From Ascidiella aspersa (taxonomy: Eukaryota), in the NCBI GenBank assembly GCA_963924565.1, contig OZ004612.1, positions 23,870,001 to 23,934,000 of the forward strand: DNA of 64,000 nt, in the 5' to 3' direction. Shown here piece after piece: positions 35,201 to 47,833 of this stretch. The position numbers were made by a program, and so were the translations under genes. Each line of letters begins with the position of its first letter. Positions within the stretch are counted from its first letter, which is position 1. The notes beneath the pieces are model-generated. The model saw only the letters and a list, made by a program, of their open reading frames with translations, searched no databases and was not told where the DNA came from.

Positions 35201-38200
35201 ACTCAAACTGGTTTCTTATTATATCCCCTTAATATTTTGGTAAAACTTTTAATACATTTGGAATTCTCTTGTTTTTGTATTTGGTGAAACCCATGTAGTG
35301 ACCATCCAAATAGGATAAGTTATAAAATTGCTCCTTTTTATGAAGTAAAAGTATAAAAATTGTTTTGTTTGACGAAGGGTTTTATCATTTAGCTGATAAA
35401 AATTAAATTCAAGAACGTTAACAACGTATCAAACACAAAGACAATTATATTTGATGCGACGAAGGCTTATTTATTAATGTACAGCCAAAGTGTTCGCCCA
35501 CATTTTCGGTAAAAACGCGTAACAGGTGAGCCGCGATTGGAAAGTTAAACTTGCGTACAGAAACGCGACCCCGCGGCGTCGCTCGCGTTGCTTGTGTCGG
35601 TCGAAAACAGCACGCACCGCCAGACAGCAAAATAAACCAACAAGTATGGTCATCAGCGGTCCGTGTAAGGCTACTACTGATGCTGCTGGACAGTCCGCCG
35701 ATGCCTAAGCGGTGTGCTGGACTGGCGGGCGACAGTGGACGCGGTGCAAAAACAACAAGCGCACGAGACTCGAGTGATTGTATTACTCGCCAGTTTACCT
35801 AGATTAAGTGCTGTATGGCCCTGGTCTCTTGAATAGGGGGCGGCCCTGCTTGTGCGCCGCCGCCTCACCCAGCTGGGAATCCCTGACCACTTAGCAGGGC
35901 GCTTAGTGCAGCCGTTGACTGTTGTCATTGCTTTGACACCTCTTAGACCCTGTGCAGACGAACCCGCGTAATTGCCCGGTGATTTGTAACTGAATTGGCT
36001 GACGATTGCCGCTACGTTTTATCTGCGTGCCTCACTTTTTGGCCATTTTGCGGTTGGGGGGGGGAATTGAAATCCGTTCGGTATTATTATTTTATTGCTA
36101 TGCTTTCTTCTAAGAATGATAATTTAATTTTAAAACTTGAGATTTATACGTTAAATTTGCTTCTGTAAGTCCATGTTTTTTTGTCGCCGTAACCCTATTT
36201 TTCTTTTGGTGTTCTACCCCTTTTAAAATTTCCTTTCATTTTAAATGCCAATATGAACACGGCGGGCGTGTGTACTCTTTGTTGGTTTCCACCAAACTTT
36301 TGTGTGCACCAGCCATTCTACATACGCACATAGAGCGGCGGCCCGACAAAGGACAACGTGTACGTACTCGGCTAAGGGGCCACTTTACTTTGTCTGCTTA
36401 CCCAAGCACCATTCGCTTTCGCTTAAACAAGCGAAAACGCGTCGAAAAGTGCGGATTTTTTTCACTTGGTCGCGAGCGTCGTGCGTGTGTGTATACGCGA
36501 CAGGCTGCGACCGGCTGCTGTATAGTTGTTTGTTGGTTTAGGTCCTTTCATAAGCGACAACACAACTGCGCCCGCTGCTTTTTAGAGCTGGATTATACGC
36601 GTTGCCGTCCCTTTTGCGAATCTGATGGCCGCGGCGCAGAATCGGGCACGAAGAGCCAACCCTAATCCCGAGCAGGAGCGGTTTCGCCACAGACGTCGGA
36701 CGCATTGTGTGCCCAATACGTCGCATTGTAGATGGGCCTGCGATATTGCCTTGATGGAATAGGGCCGCGAAACGGGCAGGGCGGCTAAGTCGTTTTGCGA
36801 GCGATATGATCGGCGGCGGACCACCACGTCGCAAACGCGGATAGTCTTTTATCGCGACCCAGCAGACGGTAAACATGGGCCTTTTTCGGGGTGGCGTGCC
36901 GGTCAGCGCCTTTGAATTCTTTGTCTGGCATTTCTTTGCCTTCATTGTCGCCCGAATAACACGATTTAATTAATTTTTTGGCAAGTCGTGTCTTTCTGCG
37001 GTTTATTTGCCGAACGTGGCCGTCCTTTAAAAGCACATAAATCGTCCTATAACTGATTATGTTATAGAGATCATAAAATTGCGATATCTTACCGCGTTTT
37101 AATTTTTAAAAGATAGATTGTTAAGATATTGATAATTTGGGCAAAACGGGGGGTTTAAATATGGATTCAGGAACGAAATGCCGAGCATCTGTACAAACGT
37201 ATTGATCTGTTTGCGTTTATATGGGCTGTTGCGTGGCATCCTAAATAAGGCGCATGCTAATTTTTCAGCTACACATTTTGTGCCAACAAATAGTTTCCCC
37301 AAGCATTACAATTACAAATAAAGATGTGTGCATATTTAATGTTTGGAAGTCATCTCAGTTTATCCCAAACTCCAAAAAAACCCTTTGCCATATCCCTTGA
37401 TTGAACCTAATCGATCGATATCGATCAGGAAATATCTGCTGGTAAAATAGCTTTATGCTGCGTAAATATAATTATATTTATCGTTGATAAAACAAGTTTG
37501 TGCAGCCGATTTGCCCTACTTGTGAACAAACAAGGGAAAAGCCCGTTCGGTCGTTGTTTAGGCGGAATTGGCTCGTAGTTAAAAAAAATGGCGCAAAATC
37601 AGGGTTAAAACACACGGAGACTCGGGCCTTTTGAAGTGGCACCGCTTACCAGGCTTATTGCAGGTCGCATCAACAACAAAGAGGGCAATCGCTTTGGGCG
37701 GCGGAAGGATTGCGAAAGCGACCAGCCACTCCGGTGGAGTCCACTTTCACCCGGTCCCCAGGCCGCCTGGTGGACGCTTCTATGAGCCTGGAGGCCACTT
37801 AACCAGCACTTGTACCGCTGGGCTAGGATCCCTCATACCACTTTCGGTCACCAGCCGTTTCCAGAGCATTCTTTCGCTCTCTCTGTTTTTCCAATATAGC
37901 GCTGTGTGAGACATCTCCTATTCTCGGCCATCGTTGTACAAGTCATTCTGTGTGTATTGATGATTCTCTGCATCACGCCTTCCCCGTGTTTTGTAAGGGC
38001 GCGTTGTTGGTTGCGTCGCTCACGAAAAGGCCGCGTGCAGCTTCTTGAAGGAAATCGTCCGATCGCTTCTGCGCCGTTTGATGTCGCATCAATTGACCTG
38101 TTTATAAGTTGTCCTCGCATCAAGTGATAGCTTCACGCACGGCCTTTCATCTTTATCAAACCGTAAAGGTGATATTGCGTTGCAACTCAAATCTCAGCAT

Positions 38201-39460
38201 AAAGTTTCCATAAAAAAAATAAAATATTTTTTATTTCGTCTGTTTTTCTTGTTTTTTATTATCTTTTTTGTGTAATAAGTGTGATTGGTCGCGTAAAACA
38301 GTATTTTACGTGTCCAATTGCGAAGTGTAAACTTATTTCGAAAAGCCAAGACCAAGTAGATATTTGTGTGAGGGGTGAGCTGCAATTAAATATGCCATAT
38401 CTTTTTTGGAATTTTCAAGTTGATCAAGAAAACATCTTTTTAGAATTTTTCTAGCGTGCTCGAAATTCGTTGTGTCAAAGCGCTGTGGTTGCTCATTGTG
38501 TTTTTATTTGGTTAAATTTATAGTTGGCTTGAATCCCGCCGATATGGGTGACTTATAAGCCATTTAGCCAAGCTCGCAAGTCAATTTTGGGTTTTATTGT
38601 ATGGTTGCTACCATTGCGGTTAATGGAGAAAAAAGTGTTGTGAAGTTGTCCGAATTAATTTTGTCATGTGACATTGCTTTTGCTCCATGCTTTAGTAGTC
38701 ACAGCCTGTAAGTAAATTCTTGTCTTTCAAATTAAAAAAAAAAAATTTTGCCAGAGGTTGTGTAAAAGGCAATTTAAAACATTTTAAACTTTACTCGGTA
38801 TTTCCATGTGGGCCTGCATTTAGGTGTCACTCTTTCGATGCACCGAAATGATTTGCGTTTTTCGTTGAGGAATTTAAGGCAATCAAACCCACTGAATCAA
38901 TATTTAAGGTGACGATTATGTGCAATTGACAAAAGCTTCCGGGTCCTTAGCTATTGCGAGGGTCTATCACAAGAATTCTACCGTGTCCGGCGTAACCCAT
39001 CGTTTGTTTACGGAGGCAATGTGCTGTGACATAACAATCAACCGATAAAGTTGACTGATTTGTTGTCGTACAGCGTCATCATTTAATTTGAAGTTGTTAA
39101 TACTGGCAATCTGTGTGGCTTACAAGTCATGGGCTTGTTTTTTAAGGTCGCTATAGCATTAGCATAAAATTATGAATCTTTGCTGGAAGTCATCATTATC
39201 GATTTTATTTTTAAAGAATTTAATATATTTCGGCGGTTGACCAGCTTAACAAACTGAAGCGACTGGATGCTATTATTTTGCTATTTATATCTGTAAAATC
39301 GTATTTTGTATCGAATATTGAACAAAACGATTTTTTTATTATTCAGTGTAAAGAAAATCAATACGCAAGCCATTGTACAAAAAACAACAGTCAATCAAAA
39401 CTCTATAGACACGTGTTACTCTGTACTAAGACTAAGAAGAACATAACATTGTGGAGATAC

Positions 39461-39788
39461 CATGAGTGTTGTAGTGACTTAAGTCACTGACTTGACTTAA
39501 GTGTATTTAAGTTGTTGTTTTTAAATACATTTACTTGACTTAAGTCTTTCGGACAAATGACTTGGGTTGAAATGAATGTTTTTCAGTAAGCGTTTTTTTT
39601 TTAATTAGAGCAATTTGATTGCACGTTTAATTTTTGTGACTATAGGGCTTTTTTAACTTGCTCTATAATTACGACTTGTCTGGGACTTGACGTTATTTAT
39701 TCGAAAAGCCTTGACTTCGACTTAAGTTATTTAGTGAATGACTTGACTGGGACTTAAGTAATTTCAAAATGTCTTGCTAAGAATACTG
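39461..39788. mobile_element. (ACTTG)n MITE copy
   Basis: Reverse-orientation copy of the 17353 family; GGAGATAC duplicated at 39453-39460 and 39789-39796. Confidence 0.8.
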
Positions 39789-40583
39789 GGAGATACTTCG
39801 CGAACACCCTTACTGCGGTAAAACCACGCTTGGTAAAGAATGCAGGGCGTCGTCGGCCTACGTTAATACGCGAAACCATATTCCAATAACACCGACACAA
39901 ATTTTCCGCGTCTAAACTTCATTCGCCAAGGCAATTTGCGTTTACCAAAAAACAGGGCGGTCATATAAGCGTGCGAAAAACTTCGCTGGACCGTGGAGTA
40001 AACGTACACCGCAGTTTACGCCGACGCCCTGCGCCGCGTTATTTGCTTCTGAATGGCCAGATTATTTGGGGGCCATTTTTGTGAAAAGTCTAACCGCAAT
40101 GCGTCACGTTTTTACGCCACACACGTTCGTTTTTGCAGTCGGCGCCGCTTTACCGACTTAGTAATGACCGGGTCTTTTACAAAGCAAAAATTTAATTTTT
40201 TGCGCGAAAATATTAAACTATACGCAAATCCAGAATACTTAAAGATAGCAATTCATATCAGGCCTGATTCATTCGAATTAAGATAGTCTGACGATGCCTT
40301 TGCTGGCGAAATATGATATTTTTGATACCTGAATTGCTAGCTTGGCTAAATTATTCTGCTGTTACTGATCAGGAATTAAGACCGACATTTATCTTGCAAG
40401 GGTCAAGGTAATTTCCAGTATCACACTTTTTCCACTTTTCCGTCTGGCGTTAATAAATACAGACATGTTGCCAAATAGGATATGATAGTAGTCAGGGTAA
40501 TGTCTAACACACAAAACTTTGGGGGTCGAGTAGGCTTTAAAAACTGACAACATAAAATGGGAAATATTGGTCCAGCTACAGAG

Positions 40584-40943
40584 CAGTGGTTCCCAACCTG
40601 GGGATCGCGACCCTCAAGGGTGTCGCAAGGGGTTGTGTAAGAAATAAGCAATATGAACTCAAAATTAGCAGTATAGAAGAAACAAAAGCAACCGTTCTAA
40701 CACTTGTGTTTATGTGGCTTTTGCTAAAGTGAACCAGTCGTGTTTATGACGTCACCATTACACTTTTAAATTAACGAAATCCGGACAATTTAGCCAAACT
40801 TCGATACAACCCGTCTAGATTTTTCCCAATTATGAAATGTGTTTTATGACTCTGGTGTATGTATCATACACTATAATTTGGGTGTCGCGAAGTTGTCGAA
40901 AACTTGAAAAGGGTCGCGAAAACAAAAAGGTTTGGATTCACTG
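40584..40943. mobile_element. hAT-type MITE
   Basis: CAGTGGTTCCCAACCT ... AGGTTTGGATTCACTG termini with GGGTCGCG/CGCGACCC subterminal motifs; degenerate TSD. Confidence 0.75.
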
Positions 40944-43900
40944 AGCCAGAGTAAACCATTGCCCTGAAATGCACGCATCGTATTTGCCTTAGAAGCGACG
41001 CCAGTAAACGGATTAACAGTCACACGCGCACGAGTGTTCTTGGCAAGAAATGCGCCAATTCATGACACTGTCACGCGCCAGTGGGGGCCATAATTGCCCC
41101 CTGCACTCAGGAAACCCGAGTCCCCCCTCGCAAAGCGTTAGCCAGAATTTGCGCCCGGAGAATTTTAACCCGGGCTCGAATCGGGATTGAGTTTTCCTTT
41201 GGGGTTAAAAGGTTACTTAATTGACGAGACCCGAAGTTCGAATGTGCGGCGTCCAGCTAAATAAGGCGATGTTGCCTGGCTGTGCGGCCGGGGCATGCTT
41301 TGCGGGCGGAAAATGCAAAACGGATTTCATTTTTTCCTGCCACGGCCTTGCTTAAGCCCCGTGCCAATAATAACTGCTTGGTGGCAACAACACTAAAAGC
41401 AATTTGTCAAGGCGCCGTCAGTTTTTGCGAGGCGGCTCTATCGAACTACAAGGTTAAAAAATGAACTCATATCAACGACCACTTTCTCCCAAAGGTTACA
41501 AAAAATGGAAAGTCAACAAATAAATCCGGGCGGCGTCAGAGCTTGTGTGAAAGTAGCGGTTGGTTTTCACTATAGTACCACAATTTTGGTGTGTTTTTTA
41601 TTGTGTGAACGTGCATGATGACTTGCAAACGTCGTAAAACTTCCCGCATCTATAGTTCTTTCAACAGCTGAACAGATTAATAGATAGAATCGCTCACCAG
41701 AAGAGCGATTTTATCTATATATGTTGCCTGGCGGAGCTAACTCTTTTTTTAAGCTGAACAGATTGTCAAATTATCCATTTCAAAAAGGCTCTGTTTGTTG
41801 GCTTCAAACGTGCGACCGGAAGGCCACTTTTTCACACACATAGAGCTACAATTTGTTCACATACAGACTGGCATCAGTTTGGTCCGCTCCTCGTTTGTAG
41901 ACCGCAACACTGCCGTGTCGATAATGCAGTTCGAATGTGGCCACTTAAAAATGCGCGACGCGTCCGACCACTATATGCACATTAGGCGAGTCTGCCATAA
42001 GCCCTTTGTTCGCGCTGATGGAATTTTAATTCTCGGATCGGTTCCCATTACGATAGGGGTTCTTTTGGTGCGGTTCAGGACCCACACCCCTATATAACGC
42101 CATCAGCGATGTTTTGGCTGGGAACGACAGCACTCTCCTTTCTGATTCATTGCAAAGGACGCGATAGGAACCCATTAAAACGCAATCGCCGTGAGAGAAG
42201 CCGCAGTTCGCTGACCACTGCTGGACCTTTGGAGTAGCGGCGGGCGGACAAGCAGGGGCGTTACTTTAGCGCCAAAGATGAGTGGGGGCCGTAATTGAAA
42301 CTGGTTTGTTTATGGGCCTTCGGGGTGGCCCCCAGGGTACGCGCTGTCGCGAAAGGGTGACGTCTTTGAAGGGCCAAAGGGGGGCGCGAGGGTTTCAGGC
42401 AAACCCATTAATCTGTTCGTAGGTTGCTGTGTGAAGATTTCCCAGCTATAATGCCTCATTTTCCGTTCATTGTCGGCTGCTATAAAGGTGTGTTGATTTT
42501 TTAATGCTTCCTTTCATGTGTCCGATATAATAGCCGATTCTCTATTTACGTATGACATTTTATCAAACGTATGTTTTCGAAAAAATGCTTGAAAATTGTT
42601 TATCTGTATGTGGTTAAACGCCGTACCCTTTGCGTATATTTACCGGGCATTTTCCGGTTTAGCTTGTTTGGGTCAAGACTTCTTTCACCTTTCTGACACC
42701 GCTGCGCCTGACCCAAAATACCGCGGGCGAGTGGTTTTCGAACGTCAAGTGTCCCACAACAAAGTTTAAAACAACACGTCCCGCGGTCACATTGCAATTA
42801 TGAGTGACCACTGCTGTGCAGGCCGGTTTGCCGTACAATGCCATTTAAATATATAAAAGGGCGTATCTTTGTGGAATCCAAAACTAGTGGCAGCAGGTTT
42901 TTTCTTGTCGGTCACTGTAACGCTGACGCGTATATTAACAATAAAACTTAAAAGTTTAAAAACCCGAGTAAAACCAGGATCAGACACTTTTCAAGGAATA
43001 CATATTTCACTGGCATCGTCAATTCCTTAATTCGTTAATGTCAATTAAAATTGCGCATGGAAATTGGTAGATAATTCTCTCAGCTATGGACAAGTTATCA
43101 TTACATTTTGGTAGCGCAAGCAGCTTTTGAAGCCCATTGGTTTGGGTGTTTTACTTACACTTTAAGCGCCAAACAAGATGATAAAAGAGCTCTATAATTA
43201 CGAAGCGAGAATATAATACACAAAGGGTCTATGTAACCCCTTTAATGGTTATTATGCCAGGCAGTTTTTTTTTTGCAACCTCAAGAAGCCTTTCAAAACT
43301 GAAAAGTGAATTTCAATTAACCCCCAAAGCGCGCGAAAAACAAAGCACGCCCATTCTTTTGACGAGCCTTTTACACGAGTAAGGCAAGAGGGGGCACAAA
43401 AATCGTGGTTTAAGTGGCTTTTTGTCTCGCCGTCGAGCCTACAACACGGCGCTTATGATAATGTTGATTGTACCGGTCGCGTATCACTGTCTAAGTAAAC
43501 CCGAATGGTAAACAGCAGCGACACACGATACACCTTATTATGTAGTAGTAAGCACCTTATAAAAGCCCGGCTCTCTGCTCTTTTTGTTGGGCTGTTTGTT
43601 TTGTTCCGCTTGTATCAAAACAGAACAGCAATCAAATATATTGATTTTGTTTGAAGAGATGCGGTAACGGTGTCAAATCGTCACACCTTTCGGCTCTAAT
43701 GTTGTACGCGTAATTACCAGCGTCACGTATAATTTATCCTGGTATTAATCTGACCAAGTTTTGAATTATGTTTTGGTCGAGAGTTTGGATCAACACTCTG
43801 TTGTGTCGCAAAGTAAAAAATATTTGTCAAGTGTGTTGGTATATGTTTGTACCACTATGAAACGCGCAATTAGAAGTATAAAATCATTTTGCGATGCGTT

Positions 43901-46361
43901 TTCACAGAATGTCAAATATGGCGGTAGTTTTGGCATTTCCTAGGTCAAACTTATTGCAAAAGTTCTCTGAAAAAGGGATTGTGGACTAGAAAACATGGGA
44001 AAAACACGGTATTTCAGCGAAATGATAAGTTCGGCCAAGATATTTGAGTAAGAGTTAAATCAGTTACTTGTTTCATAAGATGTCGTTAAGTCTTCATTCA
44101 ACTTTATTTGTTTTGACACATGCAACAAATTTCGACGCTGAAAAGATTTATTGACGTTTTCAAGTTATACGCTTTTCTACACCATTTTTACTATTTTATT
44201 GTATGGTCATTACCAATTTCCTCTGTACCACGGCCGTGAAAAAAATTCTTTTTAAAATTTCAATTTTAAAATATCAAGCGAAGCTTTCTTTCTCTTCAAA
44301 GTTAATTTATATTGATTAAATTATCACTATGTTCTTTAGGGGTGCAGCTATGTATTGATCCAAAATGTATGGTGTAGCATACACCAATTGAACGCAGGTA
44401 ACGAGTTTTTTATTGCCAAAATATTATTCAACTGTTTCTTAAACTCTCCCATAAGTTTTTAATGTTATTCGAATAAAGAATACATGGATAAAAAAATGTT
44501 AAACCATTCGTTCGGTCTTAAAATACAATGTAAAATCTGTATTTAAAAGCAAAATATATGTCCGAATAGAAAATATTATGCTTTGCAACAGTACATGTTG
44601 TTAAATTAAAGATTTTCACGCAACACCTGAAGCAACTGCATATTTTTTTTGAAGCGCTGCATATTTTTAAAGAAATTATTTGCAGGCCTTGTCTGCATTT
44701 AAAGATGTTTTAAACTAACCTAAATATTTAAAAAGCATTATATTTGCCACATTAAAGTACAGCACAAAACAAAAATGTATAACTCTCACATGAAAACAAA
44801 CAATAGAACTGAATTTCAAGTGAAGTAAAACTTAAAAAAAATGTTGATTTTGGGGCAATCACGATTTTATTGTTTTCAATCGCTTATTTTATTTAACACC
44901 AACAAAAAAATAAAAAAATGTTTTTCTTAGAATATCATAAAAGTTCAAAAGCAAGCATGTCAATTTAACAAGAAAATTACTCAAAGATTCGTTGTTACTA
45001 TATGCGGCGGTTTTTAGAAAGACTTCCTTAATCAAACTTTAAAATTGAAGCAGTATGCTAAATTTTGCAACTGATACCTTTCTTACAGCCTGAAAAAACT
45101 AACCAGTAAATTAAATTCGCCAGTTCGGTCGCCAAGCCCGTGTAATTATTCTCAGGGAAAGTCCCTAGAGACATATACAACAAAAACAACAAGGATGTGA
45201 TCTCGTTCCAGCCCCGGCCATGGTTCAGAAAGCAAAAAACAAACCACGCTCCAGATTTTCAGGGGTGTGACCCTTGGCAAATAAACGAATAATGTCGTTT
45301 GTTTGCCCGCGCAAACAAGGCCCTTCCGAAAGTAAATCTCGCGCGGCGCGACTGCCCGGTGCACATTTCGCGGTTTTCCGACATTTTTTTTTTCGAGCTG
45401 TGATTACAGCGTTTTTAATTCGATATACCTAAAAAATATTTTGTTGTCAAAGAATCAAAGCTGCAATTGTTTTGTTTTAGATTTTCCATTAAATTTAGGA
45501 GATTTTATTTTTCTTAGCTAGGTCGTATATCGTGTTGCTTGCGAATGTTTTGCCGGGATTTGGGCGTGAATTTCCCGCAGACGTAGTTACTTGGTAAAAT
45601 GGATGCCAATTCGCATTGATAGCTTTGCTTGCAAAAATCAATTCCTAGTGTTTGCTGCCTGACTACAGTATTACAGTCTCTTCTAGTTAATGACCCAGCA
45701 TAAAGCAACGTATTTTTTATTGTTTATTTGATTGTAATTATTTTAGGCATTTTTACTATAATACTTTATACGTTAAAAAAACAAGATCCTTGAACGTGAA
45801 ATCTGTGGCAGTGTGCACCACGTTGGAATAGTTTGATTAAGCCATGGAGGTCAAAGTTAAAGTATTTTAACATGTTGTAAACCTTAAAGTTACCAAAATC
45901 TTTCAAAACAACCTGATTGACAAATGCAAATTTCTTTTTCTGGAATTTTTGGTAATCAAGAATGTCATTTTTAGGCCATTATCGCACAATATAATATTTG
46001 TCCAATAAAACAGGGAAAAAAGAAAACGATGCTCCATAAGGATTTTCGTTTAATTTGAAATTTATTTTCAGTTAATGTTTTTCTACACAAGAGCACATTT
46101 TTTGAGGTTGTTGGTTTGCGTTTCAAGATTAGGGCTCTAATTCTAATTTAGTACCACAAAATCTTTAATTATTACCAGCACTATTTTACGAAAGACAGTT
46201 CTCAATTTTAAGATGTATTGACATAATACTGTACCCAGACACAAGGGCGATCATCTTGTATTCACAAACGCGTTCGATATACACCACCTGAAAAAAAATA
46301 ACAAATCTGGGTTGACACCGGATCGTGGGGTGGAGGTCGACACGATCGCTATACTGTATAG

Positions 46362-46779
46362 CAATGCTGTAATGACTCAAGTCATTGACTTGACTTAAGT
46401 ACACCTATGTCAGTATTTTGAAATGACTTGATTTTACCTAAGTCGTTTTGGACAAATGGTTTAATTTTTTTTTAATGGGGTTATTTCTCTATATTTTTGC
46501 AATTGGGTGATTTATCTTATTTCTACATGCCACACAATTTGATTGCTATACGTTTCGTTTATGATAAATTCTACTTGAGGTATTGCTCATATTTGGACGA
46601 GTTTATCAGTTAACGTTTTATTTTTATGAAAAGGGATTGACTTGAAGTTTAGTCGTTCTAATTATGACTTGACTGGAACTTGACTAGGGCAATCGATGAC
46701 TTGGACTTGGACTTGACTGTATTTGTTGGACACTTGACTTGGACTTAAGCCATTGCAAAATGACTTGCTTGCAACACTG
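46362..46779. mobile_element. (ACTTG)n MITE copy
   Basis: CAATGCTGTAATGACTCAAGTCATTGACTTG ... TTGCAACACTG; same family as 17353-17698. Confidence 0.78.
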
Positions 46780-47497
46780 CTGAAGTGTTGACGTAAGCGC
46801 GATTCAATGGCTACAGAAAGATCAGCACAGAGACAGGCCCGAACCCTGTGCGACCCGGCAGATCGCACGTAAGCGAACCAAACCGCACCGGCACGACTTT
46901 GCTTCTGGCGACCGCATGCGATGAAGAAAGCGGTATGTGCGTGTGTTTAGGGGAACTTGGATCGAAATTTTTGCCGCATCACGCTGAGAAGCTAGTGGAA
47001 ATGAAGCTAGTGGAATGCGTTCGCTTTCGCAAAATATCTCTCAATGGCAGTAGCTGTTAAATTTCAAATCGATAAGTCGAGTGATTGGATGTCTTTTGGT
47101 CGTTTTTTCAACAATATGAAGTGAAGCTTGGTTCAATTTATCGAATACACCTGGCTGATGTAAATCGCTCTGACTGAACGTTTCGACTCGGTGTGCCCTG
47201 TATCCCATTATTTATAGATTTCAAAATGAAAATCTCAGTGTGACCCCGTTTTACCCAAATATCACCGTATTCCCTGACCAAGTCATCAAATCCACTTTTG
47301 AAATCGCCCCTACGGAGACTCTAGTGCTTTTATTTAATTTTCGTCTGAATATATCCACTATTTAACACTATATGTAAATGTTAAAAGCTCTTAGGTGGAA
47401 TTTAAGCCAAAGTACGTCTTTTTTATTTTTTAGCCGACGTTACTGAGGCTGCTAATTTTGCAAGTAAACTTTACATTTTCTCATTAAATGTTTAGAG

Positions 47498-47833
47498 CAG
47501 GGGTTCTTAAACTGGGGTCCATGGACCCCTTGGGGGTCCGTGATTTTGTTTTAGGGGGTCTATGAAGGCCTACTTGAAATATTAGTGTATAATTAAAAAG
47601 TAATCAACTTGTTAAAGCAAACAGTTTAATTTAAAATATTAACGGATTTGCACTGAATGTATTTAGACCCCATTTCACTTTCACTGTTTTGGACCGAAAT
47701 CAGCAGATTTATGAAGTCTAATTTTATTGTGACGTAATTTTATGACGTCATTTTTTATTTTTTTTGCCTACTGTGGTCCACGCTAAGCAAACAAAAATAG
47801 GGGTCCGCGGTAAAAAAAGTTTAAGAGCCTCTG
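47498..47833. mobile_element. hAT-type MITE
   Basis: TIRs CAGGGGTTCTTAAACT / AGTTTAAGAGCCTCTG; TSD GTTTAGAG / GTCTAGAG. Confidence 0.85.

Noticed and set aside
33584-38127. Dense set of 60-135 aa ORFs on both strands downstream of FoxA
   Set aside because: Arg/Cys/Ala-rich, overlapping in several frames, no domain similarity or coherent splice chain; explained by locally high GC
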